From NCBI GenBank assembly GCA_036172245.1, contig JAYWIR010000005.1, forward strand, positions 1,984,001-2,048,000: a stretch of DNA of 64,000 bases, read 5' to 3'. The position numbers were made by a program, and so were the translations under genes. Below the pieces are notes generated by a model. That model was given only the letters and a program-made list of their open reading frames with translations. It ran no database searches and was not told where the DNA came from. Positions 14,018-26,699 of the stretch are shown piece after piece (the first letter of the stretch is position 1; every line of letters starts with the position of its first letter). This stretch comes from Raillietiella orientalis. Taxonomy: Eukaryota.

Positions 14018-14570
14018 CTTTATTCGTACTCCGTCACGCCCAAGGGCTTATTGTAAAAAAAAAACAATTCACAAAAAAGACAGTCGTATAACATATAAAA
14101 AATATTTTATATTTTATACGACTTCGTATTGGCTTCGCATGACCACTACCAAGGGAAATGCTTCAGATGTGCTGCTTCTCGAGTTAGCAGCTCCCCCGAT
14201 GAAAACCCGCACAGGAGAAGTGAGGGAACAGGTAAACAATGACAAAAGGAACACACCCAAGAGTTTAAAAATGCCTGGGGAGGAAAAGGAAGGGATCACA
14301 GATTTCTTCGGGGCGTCTCAGCATCCCCTGGACGATGCTGGCATCTTGTCGATCCATCGGTCATCTTGTTCCTTCATAGGATAGCCAAATCTTGTCGTCT
14401 TCCTCATGAAGGAACAGATAATTGCGATGACCTCATCGTTCAACTGACCTCTTTCAGAGGGACTTTTCGCCATTGCCATCCAACGAAGGCAGCACACAGT
14501 TTCTGAATAGAACATGTAAACGCCAAATACAGGAAGCATATCAGCTAAGTGATCCGAGTACCCCATTCGT
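14018..14570 (-). mobile_element. L1/Tx1-clade family L 3' end (copy b)
   Basis: CCLRWMAMAKS...IICSFMRKTTR matches copy c. Shared block agggatcacagatt...cagcatc...gatgctggca. Degenerate terminal motif at 14018-14053. Confidence 0.6.
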
Positions 14571-15309
14571 GTAATCGGTGTTGCATGGCACCGATTGGTG
14601 AAATAATGTCTTTCAGGATTATCAATATAGGTTCACGTCTTTCACATTATAGATAGGCAGCTTTTCCGTTTGGGATGCCTTTCCTGCTGTCCGTGTTGGT
14701 CCATATGCAGCCACTCACTGTGCATGAGATTGAAAGAACTTTCAAGAGAATCAGAAAGCATATTTGCAAGCTCATGCATACCGGTCTCATCACCCTAGGA
14801 GCGAGAAGCCAAATGCGCAGCATCTGAAACGAATGCATCGTCTCTGAAAAGAAAAAAGGAATTGCGATTCCCAAATTTCGGCAAGATTAAAAGAGGAAGA
14901 TTAAGAAATCTTGGCAACGCACTGGGTCGAGGGTCTCTTAAAGTCAACGTTGGAGCTTAACATCTTAGCAGCGAGAAGAACACTCGAGTCTGGAAATCAG
15001 AACTAGACCCATTTTCAGAACTACAGAAAAGAGGAGCAGTTGAGCAATCAGTTGTCCTAGTGAACAGTCGGGGAACATTCGTTGCATTCTTCCCTTAAAA
15101 AATTCCAGATCGCTGGAGTGAGGAATCCGTCAAAGGCAGGGTTTCCCACTTCCCTACAAATGGCAAAGCATAAAAATCGAAAAGAAAAATGCCTTCGGCG
15201 TTGAACGGAGGTTTCAAGCTCATTTCAACCGGGACCACTCTGCTTTCCTTCCCACTTTTTTGTTTCCCGGTTTTCCTTCTTTTTTTTTTTTTTTTTTCCG
15301 CGTTTGGAT

Positions 15310-16760
15310 TGGAAGGGGAAAACATAAACAAAAGGAAAAACCACAAAGGTTCAGTTTTAACATGCTTGGGGAGAGAAGGAAAGAGATCACAGATTCCTTG
15401 CGGGCGTCCTCAGCATCCTCCGGAGGATGTGGGCAACCTTCGCCTTCTACTGGCAGAAACGTGGCCATTTTGTCGCCTTCCTCACGGAGGAGCAGACGAT
15501 CGGGATGACCCCACCGTTCGACCAGCCGCTTTCGGCACGGCTTCTCGCCGCCGCCATCCCAGGAAAGCAGCGCGCAGCTGCAAAGGAAGCTGCAGGCGAC
15601 GTGGAGTCGCGCTTGAAGAGGCGCTGCGGCAACATTGCCTGCCGTTGAGCTGTCTGCCTCTCTGCCTGCCATGTCCATCGGCAGTGGGAGGGCTGCAGCG
15701 ACGCGTTCCAGACGCTCAGGGGGGCAACGCAATTGATCACCCAGTGAGGGAATCATTCCCGTTTGCCCGCACCTGGCACAGTCTGGTGCTGCACTCCCAC
15801 TTGTGCTGTTGGAGACTCGTGCGTTGCATGGGATCTCCCAGTGCAACAACTGCAATGCCGAGCGCTTCAGGGGAAGCGTGCAGCTGTCTACAAACACTGG
15901 CAAGTCCGCACCTCTCCTGAAGGAATGTTTAGAAGTTCCTCCCGGAGAGGAGTTCCTCTGGGGGGGACAGCAGGGTTACATGCGTCAGCCGGAAATGTTG
16001 ACGCGCCTTCCAGCATCTCAGCTGCTTCTTTTTTCCCGCGATTTCGCAGCATACTTCCTATCTTGCGGGCGCATCGCCATTTCCACATTGTCGCGTGGTG
16101 CCCAGCGTGGTTGCAAGTGGCGTGTTCCGTGCCCAGCTGACCTCCTTTCTCGGGCAGTCCACGATCCCCCGCAGCGAGCGCTGTTCGAAAATCTCAGGCA
16201 AAGCGATTGCTCCGGACTTGCGCCGCTTCTTTTCGCCCACGCCTGAGCTGCTTCTTGTTCCCAGGCACCACAGTTGTCAGGGCGGCAGGAAATCCAACTG
16301 TTGACCACGTCAACCGTGTGTCGGGGCTGGTACCCGCGGCCAGGCAACTGTCGGTGGCCAAGCACGAGGAACGTGTCGAGCCTCTCGGCAACGCTTAGCC
16401 GGAAATCTGGCTGGGACGCAACAATCGGTGGTCCAGGTCCTCGCCTCTAGGGCTGATCTGACGCTCCATCCTCTCCAACATCAAGACGCCGAATCCTTGT
16501 GCCGACGCCGCGCCTACAAGTCCTTCAGGCAAACCCGGGACTTCTGAGTTACCTTCGCAGAAGTTCATCAGTTCGCTTTTTTACATCTTCGGGAAGGGCC
16601 AGCAAAAAGCAGGGGTCGGAGGAGGGAGCCACGAACGTGTTCCACAGGACAGCTCGTTCTGGCAAGAGAAACTCATACATCGGACTGAACGCCGATGATA
16701 CCTTTTGGAGGCAACCGGACCAGGGCGTCGATGCTTTACGGAGATTCTAGCCCTCAACGC
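15310..16760 (-). mobile_element. L1/Tx1-clade family L, longest copy (post-RT region, zinc knuckle, 3' UTR; copy c)
   Basis: Minus strand, across frameshifts: ERAVLWNTFVAP; KSRVCLKDL...GFGV; LLHWEIPCNARV...PDCARCG...VINCVAPLSVW; RKATKWPRF...VAHILRRMLRTP. Confidence 0.75.
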
Positions 16761-18869
16761 TTGGTAGCAAATTCAAGGAGCGCAAACTCTTGGTCGCCTT
16801 GACAGCAGGCTTGCAATGCTTTCAAATCCTTGGGGTTCCAAACTTACTCCTGAGGCCAATGCAGCATTTATTTTTGAGCTACCTTTGTTTTAACCCACTA
16901 CTCTGAGGCATGAGGCAGTCGAGCGCCGCCTAGAGTGAGTGTCTTTTTCAAGAATCCCATTTGCTGCCAGTTGCGCCGGACAATCCTGTGAGAGCAAATT
17001 AAGATCGAAGATTCACCCGGAAAGGGTTGTACTATAGCTACATACTAAAGCCTGACCCAATGAGCTGCTTATCAAACACAAAACACGATTGCGCTTCCAC
17101 CATGTAGATAATAAATAAATGCATGCTTGTCAGAAGCTGAATTCCTAACTCAAATTCGTTTTTTAGGTTTTGAAAAGCAGGAAATGTAAAAAAAAGAAGA
17201 AAAAACAAAACAGGGCCAACTCATTTATTCAAAGTGGTTTCAAGATCTACGCTGAGGAAAATGCGTGATGTTCATGGGATCACTTCGCGACTTGAGTTTT
17301 GTCGTATGAGGTCTCGGTTTGAGCGGATTCATTCAACCCTTCGACACGCATCGCTCGGGTGATCATCTGAGAGACGAATCTAATCAGAAGACGGAACTGA
17401 CTCAGTTTCTGTCTTCATTTTGAGCGGCCGTTCGATGAAAGCACCAATGCTCCGATGTTCCAAATACCAAAGCACCAACTGTTCGAAAATGTGCTCTAGC
17501 CCGCAGAGAGATCTTGGCGGTGTCTGCCCAACGTCTCTCTGCAGACAGGGACCTCAAAGCAAGACCTCGTTGGCCCTTCGTGCCCTGGCCCGTTTCCCGA
17601 ATCCGTTCAATGCTATACGCAAAGTTCAGGCACGTGCCGACCCCAAACGACCCGTCGCAGGTATCACCGGAGACACGACCAGCGGGCAAGGAGCGCAGCG
17701 TGAGGGAGGGGGCAGACAGCCCAGGACAGTAGGAATACGTAGGGCTGCGAGGGACCGGCTCGGCGACTGTGCCCTCGATTGTCGCCGAGGGCCTGAGTCC
17801 TGGGCGACAACCGGAGGGGAGGTTATGGAGCTCCCGTACTCTGCCGCGGGCCGCAGCCTACCTACAACTTAGGAATGAAACAGTTTTGAGGGTGACCCAA
17901 GAACAGCATCTGGAGACACATTCGAAATCTCACACAGAAAGGAGGCAGCCTTCACGGAACTGGAAATCTAAAATCAGATCGAACTACAGAAGAATGTAGA
18001 AAAAAAATCCAAATGCTGATTCTAAACCTCCGGCTCGAGTTATTTGGATACCCGAATGAATAGACGAATGCACTGTCGAATTTGGCCAAGAAGAAACCTT
18101 TTCGAAATTGGACGAGCGAAACTGCATGCCGATCCTTTTTTGGACTTATGCATCTGTGAAACAGTTCCCAATGGATTTTGCAGTCTGGAATTGTCACACT
18201 ATTTCGCTGGATACGAAATCTATTATTAGTGCATCCCTTTTTTTTCTAATGAAAACAATTTCACAGTCATTACTAGCAAAGGCGAAGTGGTCTCACATCT
18301 TTCCACTTCGGAATAAATCCACTGCTTCGGAAAAGCGCAGAATGGAGAAGAAATCCTCCAAATTATGGAGCTACCAAAAGTCTATGACGACGAGGCTGTA
18401 TTTTTGAAATTTACGACCAAGGGCATTCAATTAGGATGTTCTTCGCAGTAGTTTCCAGGAAAGTGTCATCTCCTTTTGCGAGGGCTGCGTTTTAGGCTGC
18501 AAGACAAGAACCGAGAATCAGCCAGTATACAGCAGCTGAAAGACTGTCGTTGCAGTCTGTGATCGCTGAATACCTGAACAAAGATGCTGCCATGAAATGT
18601 GGACAGTGGCTTGAGGCATTAACGATGAACTGTAAGCGAAAGCCTCAAGAATGTTCTCAGTTGTCTCGAAATCTGTTGGGATCAGGCACCTGTCCACTTC
18701 AGAGCGTCCGATTCCTATAAAAATCCCGATATCCCCCCCTCTCTCTCTCTCTGAGAAAATCCTGAAGACGTGAGGAGATCAGAGTTTGGTGAGGGTTCTC
18801 GACGAATCAGCAATGCCATCACGAGTCGTCAGAGTAGAGCCCGCTAGTTCTCAATGGACTCCGCGCCTT

Positions 18870-19741
18870 CCTCATTTGAAGAATGGCACATCACATGGAA
18901 ACCAACTTCGTCAGGGTGCATCTTTGAAAAAGTTTGGGTTGGCCTACCTCACTGCGCACCGTTCTCCGCGCATCTTCCCTTGTTGACTTCTGGTTCATCC
19001 ATGCCGCAAGACTGAACCTGCTTCCAGTTGTCTCCTAGGGGCGTGTCGAGAAAACCCCTAGCAGACAGAGCATGCCGACGCTGTGCAGCTTGGGATGAGA
19101 CCGTGACTCACGTACTAAACCACTGCGTGAGGCATTTCCCCGCCTATACGCAGCTGGGAATGGCACCATAGTCGAAGGGCTATCAGGAGCGGCGAAGGAC
19201 ACCGCAGCACATGGAAGTTGGTATCGGCCAACAAACTGTGCTTGGGTCTAATTCGAACCTGAGACCGGATGTGGCACTGCGGAAGGAGAATCGGATGTTT
19301 ATACTCGAAGTCGCCTATCCCTTCGAAAACAAGGAAGAGGTACTCAATCTCACAAGATCCGAAGAAGAAAACGAGTATCAGGAAATCGCCTTTCTGTTCA
19401 CGGGAAAAAGTCTTCAGGCTCAAGTGCGTGCAGGTGGACTGGGGTCGTGCGATGCTCGGTACAGTGGAGTCATTCGTGAGTTGGGCATCCCGGAGCGGTA
19501 TGCGGACGCAGTGAGACATTTAATGGTGGCATCATGTACAGTAAGGACATCTGCTGGGCACACTGCCTAGGACATCATTCAGATCACGCCATGAATCTGC
19601 AGCAAAGAGCAATAGCAGAAGAGCAAGTGTCTCATTTTTAATGCATAAAGATTGATGATAGTCCCAGCGCAAGAAAAAGAGATACGGCAGAACCATCCAG
19701 TTTATTTTTTTATACATATGTAACGGATTTCTCAAAATAAA
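18870..19741 (+). mobile_element. Utopia (NeSL/R2-group, RLE) non-LTR retrotransposon, 3' fragment, decayed
   Basis: DFWFIHAARLNLLP, ACRRCAAWDETVTHVLNHC (CCHC), LRPDVALRKENRMFILEVAYPFEN (PD..D/E RLE motif), GGLGSCD...RELGIP. 3' UTR ends AAAATAAAA directly before a U2 snRNA fragment. Confidence 0.88.
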
Positions 19742-19762
19742 ATCTGTTCTTATCAGCTTAAT
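19742..19762 (+). ncRNA. 21-nt U2 snRNA fragment (Utopia target/associated sequence), not a U2 gene
   Basis: ATCTGTTCTTATCAGCTTAAT matches U2 snRNA just 3' of the branch-point pairing region (GTAGT/ATCTGTTCTTATCAG(C/T)TTAA). Similarity stops after about 21 nt. Confidence 0.85.
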
Positions 19763-20649
19763 GTAGGATTAGTGTCCGTTCTTCGGAGAAGGTGTTTCCA
19801 AGTGCTTCAGCGTTTGCATAGTATGAGTCGATACCTTTAAAAAAAAATGTGTTTGTGTGAGTGTTTCAGTGTTCGAGTGCTTTAAGGAGCATTCGTCCTC
19901 GGAAGGAATAAAATAAAACTGTTTCTTAGAAAACATCAAAGAACTGGGGATAGCGGCCCGTAGCAGACCACAGTTGTTGTTCATTTACCGCTTTAATGTA
20001 TGTATTTTTTATTGGTATTATTGAATTTTCACGTTGGATCTATCGGCAATCCTTTTTGGACTTTTGTATTGTGCTTGGTTTGCTTCCTAAATTTCGATAA
20101 TTTGAGGCTTTTGGTTTTGTAAATATCATGCTTTCTTTATATGTGTTTTTTTTTTTTTTTTTCTAAATTAACCGGTTTGTCAGGGGCTGCGACTGAACGC
20201 CATCCGTTCGGGTCCATCATCTGCTTCTGCCAGCCTCCGAATTCACAGGTTCGGCAAGATAAGTAATGTGCATACCAGTCCGAAGTTTCGATTCAGCGAC
20301 TGAGAGCGGAAAACGGATGTTTGCCTGCAAACCTACTGAAACCTCAGAAAGTCCGAAACACTCCCTGAGAATCAGAAGCTTGAACTTACGAATCGGAGAA
20401 TGTAGGACGGATTGATAAACCGACTATGTAGGCGATTTTCCCAGATCGTATTCCCCGATGGACGCATGCGGCTAAAAGGGCACCGGTTTCCTAAAGCCAT
20501 TGCAACGTGCCAAGGGCTGCATCCTGGAGTTGAAATGATAGGAAAGATGTTCTCGTTGTATCAAAACAGGCAGATGAGTAGCCGAAGGTTAGAACACCCC
20601 TCTTGCATTTTTCATTACCTTTGTCTTTACAGTTCTTTTCTAAACTTGC

Positions 20650-22000
20650 ACTGTGTATTCTGATGAAGCGTAAGGATGCTTGGAATGGTTGCTCTCAAAT
20701 AATTTATGACTCAACTCCTAAACCTCCCTCGTTTGGTTGCGTTCATTCCGTCCATTGGATCCTGGATCATCGTCTGATGGATGGCAGCATGATTGCCAGG
20801 TCAGTTGCTCCCGTTGAGCCGAGACTTGTGAAGAACTTCAACTTTTGGAGTTTCCGCGCTGCCCACCTCGCTGTTTGAGCTCCTGCATCTCCATAGAAAT
20901 TCTTCCGAACTTTTAGAGGATTCGAAAATTTCGAGCTGCAGATGCTAGAACGCACGAGTGTGTAGAGTAACAGTTGCATTACAAAGGAGGATTTGCAGAT
21001 ACGAGAAAACTCGGGTTTGGAATTTCGTTGGATTAACCAGATTTTGCATAATGCAAATCCCTTACGAAGTTCATCGTTATCTAGAATTTGGATCCACAAA
21101 ACCCTTGAAAAGTAGGTGTAAGAAACGGTAAAATCTTCTGGTGGTAGCTTGCGTGTGCAACATAAGCTGATCTCGTACGATCCTCAAAGTTGATTTACGA
21201 CTTTGAAGATGATCAAGAGAGCATATTCAAAGTATCCTGATTTCCCATAGTAGAGACAAAAATTTTGTATCCCTCCAGCAGTTTGCAGAATCTCGAAAGC
21301 AGTGTTAGAAAGCATCAACAGCACTGATCTATGAGGAGAAAATCAGATTTCAAGATTCGGTCTTCACTCCGTTGCTCCGTTGGTCGAATCTGTCATCATC
21401 AAACAGCGATAATCAAGTGTGCTGCAATTTTGCTAAATGATGATCATGGTAACAACTCTATGTGCTGCCTGACTCACCTGCCTCTTGAGGCCGGCTCAAA
21501 AGTTTGAGCCTGACTCTCGGCTTGTACTCTTTCCATAGAATCTTCCTCTGCATACTCTCTATTTTCGTTCGGGTCTTCTTATCAATGCTGCAGAAATCAG
21601 CTACGTAGAGGACCTTGGGGAGTAAACACTCTTCCACGGGGTTGCCCTCCGCTTCATGCTAAAGTCGACCCGGGTAGGTTTGGTTGCATCATGATGACAT
21701 TCGATTGTCATAAATCGACAACTGTAATCTGACAGTAAGTTCTTACAGGACGCAGAAAAATGGTGGCTGCTGCAACCTCTCACTGACTTCCACTGTAGGT
21801 AAGTGTGGCTTCCATAACAGTCGAAGGTCCAACTCCAAACCTTAACTTCTCCATCGAAGAATAATGCAACGGACTTATAACCTCAGCGTGTCTTTGCTGC
21901 AGGTTGATAATGGCCTTGCAAAATTTATCTCCACTGACCAAAACCCTGGAATGTTGATCACTGGCTCACTCGAACTGAGATTATCGATTTCTGGCTCAGC
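20650..22000 (-). mobile_element. Decayed L1-clade ORF2 fragments (post-RT region apparently present twice)
   Basis: LPKVLYVADFCSIDKKTRTKIESMQRKILWKEYKPRVRLKLLSRPQEAG (about 21620-21475) and ARWAARKL...SRIQW...EGGLGV (about 20880-20710). Confidence 0.65.
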
Positions 22001-22694
22001 ACATCTCAATCTGCTGCTCCATGCTCTTAATACTGATGGTCCTGATAAATCCTCGGTGTCTAGCAGCACCAGTCTCGAACCAAGGCAAATCAAGTCTGGA
22101 GGTCTATTTGTTAAAATTAGAATCTTGATTACGAAACTGAACGTTCAGGAATAGGACTTGGGATGCTCTTTTGAAGAATGATGAAATTTTCTTTGGGTTC
22201 ATGCGGATCGATACCCTCCATTCTTTACGAAAGTTTATGGAACCCCGTTTTCAAAACCTCCCACTGCATCCAGTTTCCTTCTAAATTTGATTCAGGCGCT
22301 CATCTGTTTCGATTTATTTGATCTGAGTTCTTTGTGCATGAGTTCCTTTTGGTGAACAAATCATATCGTTTTCGAAGCTCTCAGCACGAGGATTCAAGCT
22401 GCCCGTCACAGAATGTGGAGATCCCGAAAAGCCTTAGCAATCTGATTGGCCACCGTTTTCATTAATCACGCAGTCATCTGCTTGACAAGATGTATGGAGT
22501 TTTTCAAAACTGCTAAGCGTTACCTGGGCATCGATTTGCTGCCATCTGGAATCAGTGGTTTTCTCTGCAGTTCTAATAATTGATAAAAAATCGTGCTCTT
22601 GTTCTCCCACTTAAATCCATCTCGTAACCATGCCGGGGAGAAGGCAGCCATTCGGATAAAATTTCAAATTACCCGCTTTTCGTTTTTTTCGAAG

Positions 22695-23455
22695 GATGAT
22701 GGAAATCCTTCTTTTCTGTCTTCGCAGTTCTTCGACACAGTTCTACGCCACGCGAGGGTGGGTAATTTTTCAATATAGGGGAGGGGTCCGCCCTATGAAT
22801 ACAGGAAGGACTCGGAGTCTGTTCCTCTCACGCCTGGGGAGGGTCCCCGGAAATGGAGATCACCTCCACTCTGGTTGTCCCCGAAGGGAAATCCTTCCTT
22901 ATTCTCTCCGGAGGACCCCTGGGGGTGTTTGCTCCATTCTTTCTTCTCTGAAGGGAACCCAGAAATGATCCGATCCTTGAATTTCTTCTCCAGAGGAATC
23001 CCCCGAAAGGAATCCGCTCCTGTTTCTACTCCTCTGAAGAGAACCCAGAAGGGACGCTTCCGACATTCAGAAGGACGCAGCTTCCCCGAAGGGATCGACT
23101 CGCTTCTCTGCACTCTCTGGAGAGATGGTGGCGACACACCTACTCCATCAGTACGACGCGGAGGATTCCCCCGGAATAGGGGGTCCGCTCCTTTCACAAC
23201 CGGAGGAAAGCTCCCATTCCGTGATTCCTGAAAGTACTCAGAGGTCGAGTCCCACTTGTCCCGACCCTCACCGGAAGCATCCGGTTTCAACCGCTACCAG
23301 TGCCGCACCCGGATGAATCTATGCCAACCAGCATCATCTTGCGGAATGAACTCGGAACCCACGACGCACTGAGTCGATTCCTTCGGGGTATTCGAACCCA
23401 CGGCGCTTGGTGGTGCCACGCGCGCGGAGACCACCGTAACCACACGGACTCCAAC
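22695..23455 (-). mobile_element. tRNA-SINE-like family S, copy 2 (near full length)
   Basis: Minus-strand head with B-box-like GGGTTCGAATACCCC (23399-23385), internal unit array, tail hairpin, and terminus GGATTTCCATCATC. Confidence 0.85.
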
Positions 23456-24489
23456 GTGGGCAAAAAGCGAACTTTTTCGCCTAAATGAATGAAGTGCTTG
23501 GAAACGATTATGTGGTGCCTTCGACATGAAACCGTAAAGGAGGCCAAGATGCTGGATTCAAACCGTTTTGCTCTTCGCAATCTACTATTCCATTCCGGAT
23601 ACCTTAAAATAATGCTCGAAATTGATTTCTCCGTTCGATCGCTCACTCGGAACCATAAACCACCACTCACTGCTCATCGAAACTCAGTGGCAACAACCAC
23701 TAAATTTTCCACCACCTGGCACTTTGCTGCCCGATCTTCCGTTTCATCTCGACTGTATTTCATATTCAATCGAAAGCTCGTATGATGGGCGCGTATCTGT
23801 GTGCTTGCAGTAACTCTGACAGAGCAGGAGATTTTGATCTCATGAAAAGTAACAGCAACGTCTCTCAATCTTCCCCAAATCCAAGCATTCTCTCTCACTT
23901 CTTTCCGTATCCCTTCGACGTCCCCGGGTAAATTCCTAAGCTAAGAAATTGGAAGACTTTCAGTTTAGCACTTCTCAGTTTGGAACTCGAGTGGTGGAAT
24001 GAATGACATCACTCACTGAAGATTTGGATTTCGGAAATCAAGTAGAGGGACTGCTCTCCGTACAGACGTCGGCTCTTGAGCAACTTGTACACAGATCACA
24101 AGCCAGAAACTTTTAGCAAAACTTTAGCCGTCATAAGTCCGCCGCATTCTATTCTCATCCACTGAAAAAGGAGAATATAGAAAGTCTCAAGTCAAGAAGA
24201 AAGTCTATTAAGAAATGTTGTGCTGATGCTAGAGAATCCTTTCATTCCAAGCACTCGACTAGTACCAAGGGAACGGAACAAAGAATAGTTTGCTTTGACT
24301 TGATTGGAGAACTTAAAGACTTGAGTGCAACCTAAGCTGCTTGGATGTTGGGTCCAAGGATGCTCCATCAATGCACTGGAACTTTCAGATAGCGGAAACA
24401 GGAGAAGCTCCATTTGTGTAGCAAAGGCACTTACCGAATAAATGGATGGTGGAAGCAAAGTTTAGGAACTCGAGATCGTAAGCTTTGCC

Positions 24490-25106
24490 TGCGACCTCGA
24501 GTCAGCTGTTGAAATTGGTGTCACCAGCACTTAGGGGTGTTCAGTGTGAGGGGTTCTTCCGTGCAAGAAGTAGATCAGCAAGCTGCCCACATTCTATTCA
24601 AACCTCTTCTTCCTGGCTTTGTTCGTTCTTTGATTCAAATCTTAGGCTCATCAGATGTTTTAATTAATGACTGTGACTTCAAAGCAGAAATTCTCGATGC
24701 TCTCCCATTTATCATCAAGCGATTGCCGGAGCAGATGGAGCCCTGGCTGTTGTAAATCATCAATACAGCATGGTCTGCACTGACCAACAGCAGTGATGCG
24801 TACCTACGAGTTGTCGTTGATGGGACTGACAGTTATGAGGAAGATGTTGATTCAGATGAAGAAGGATGGGGAACGGAAACGCTAATTTTCAATTCGTTTG
24901 ATTTTGCCCAGTGCCTACTCAAGATGCTCAAGTTGCAGTGCATGCCACAAGAGGGGCTACCAGATTTGTAATATTATTCCACGGGTTATGTGCAAATGGC
25001 TGTTGAGCAGACACAAGCCTGGCAAACTGATGTGGACCAGTTTGTGGAAGACAACAGTGAAGAAGCATGTGCACATTCTGTGCGAGTGTCCGCAGTACGC
25101 CAGCTG
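24490..25106 (+). pseudogene. IPO9: Importin-9 pseudogene fragment, intronless
   Basis: One frame reads DCDFKAEILDALPFIIKRLPEQMEPWLL*IINTAWSALTNSSDAYLRVVVDGTDSYEEDVDSDEEGWGTETLIFNSFDF...GLPDL*YY...AWQTDVDQFVEDNSEEACAHSVRVSA, colinear with importin-9 motifs ([36 protein letters not shown]). In-frame TAA at 24753 and 24969. Confidence 0.85.
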
Positions 25107-26699
25107 TTTTCGCACAGATGCAAATGAGCATATCAGAGAATTGGACCCCTATCAGTGGCTGCAGGACTTCTGAGAACCATCAGCTTCACAACCACGCCGC
25201 TGTCGGTTGGCAACTTGTGAACAAAAAGCTCGGTTTTCCTCCTTTTTTCCCCTCTTTGTCGACAGTTTATGCATCCTGACGAAAGAAATGATCCGCTGTC
25301 GAGGTCCTTATTAGCATACGAGAAACACAATTCATCGAAAGATTGCGTGAATCTTGAAGTAATGGAGCTACTTGTTGAGGTACCACAGAAAGTTTCCGTG
25401 GCTTGCGATGTGGTTCCGCAGCGGGACACACCGCATTAACGAAGGGCGAATAGAGGCCACGGATTCATTCCGAAAATGAGCTATCTTAAGCACTCTCTGC
25501 ATGGAATGATCCTGAATAAGCCCCAGTGCCTCTTTCGCTTATTGAATAAACTCGGAAGAATCCAGAGGAAGGGTCTCAGCAGAGGCAGGAGTGGTGGTGG
25601 ATGTCTGGAGGAGCTGCCTTCTAGCCTGAATGACGAATTTCGGCGAAGAACAGAGGGCCATCGGATCCACTCCAGGAGGAGGCAGCTCGAGATGTGCACA
25701 TTCCGCTGCTTGGCATCCTTTCACATGCGTTCCGAATGAATTTCGAAAAACGCGAAAAGGTCCAGAACGAAAATCGATGCCACCGAACGTTCTGGAAAGC
25801 CGTGAAGAAGGACGACCCACTATTGTTCACGAATGTATTTATTTATTTATTTTTTTCTCCACAGGTCATTCGTATTTATCCCTGAGAATTTGGCAACTGC
25901 GAACGATGCGTACGCATAGCAAAGAGAGAGCTTTCATCCAGACGTTTGAATAATGAAGCAATGTTATCAAGGTAGCAATGATGGGAGATTGGTATTGATT
26001 TCTGCTGGGAGAAAGAGTCGGCCACGAAAGCAATCTCTTAAGGCAGAACATTTCTCCTGGAGATGGCTTATTGTGCACATGCGACGCAATGTTCGTTTTT
26101 GCAACGGTAGTTCCCATTTCAACCCTTCGCAATCACTTCCGTGATCAAATCGAACGGATGCAGCGATGTATAAGATGAGGCGTGCACGAGGGGCACATAC
26201 GTGAAAATGTGCGTACATCTATTCCGGCGATAATAGCTACACTTGGGAAAGGGGAGGTAGCATCCTGGAACCATTCGAGTGATAGTTAGCGAGAGAAGAT
26301 TCCTTCGGACAGCCTCTCAAGTTCCAGCTTCGTCAGCAGATGGTGGATCCTTTGCACTAATGCGCAGAGTACTCGTGGGCAAAAGACAATTCTATTTGGC
26401 AATTAGCTTGAGGAATCAGCAACACAACTCATTATCTCGAAGTAGGCATCAGCTAGCCGTTCACCGACTCAACGTGTAATGAGATTTTGATTAAATAGAC
26501 CCACATCTTTCAGCCATTAGCATTCCTTAGAAACCACACTGTTTATCCATTCATTAGATAATTGCCCGGTTACAACGCAACGCCGGTAATGATGCGTGCA
26601 GGCTTCACGGGAGAAATTCAGTCAGCTGCAAGCATGCATCCGTCATATTTCCCTTTCACATGTGTACGGTGTACGTACAACAAGGAGTCGTTTAGGTGG

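Noticed and set aside
15189..15920. 243-aa + strand ORF, and similar long ORFs at 47235-48053 and 6406-7017
   Set aside because: These are antisense shadows of GC-rich LINE, SINE or GPCR sequence with no protein motifs.
20767..22600. Possible endogenous RNA-virus fragment
   Set aside because: The clearest translated segments are L1 ORF2 motifs (LPKVLY...ILWK...PRVRLK; EGGLGV). The viral resemblance was superficial.
22880..23100. CRISPR-like regularly spaced repeats
   Set aside because: Eukaryotic context, degenerate tandem units without unique spacers, and no cas genes.
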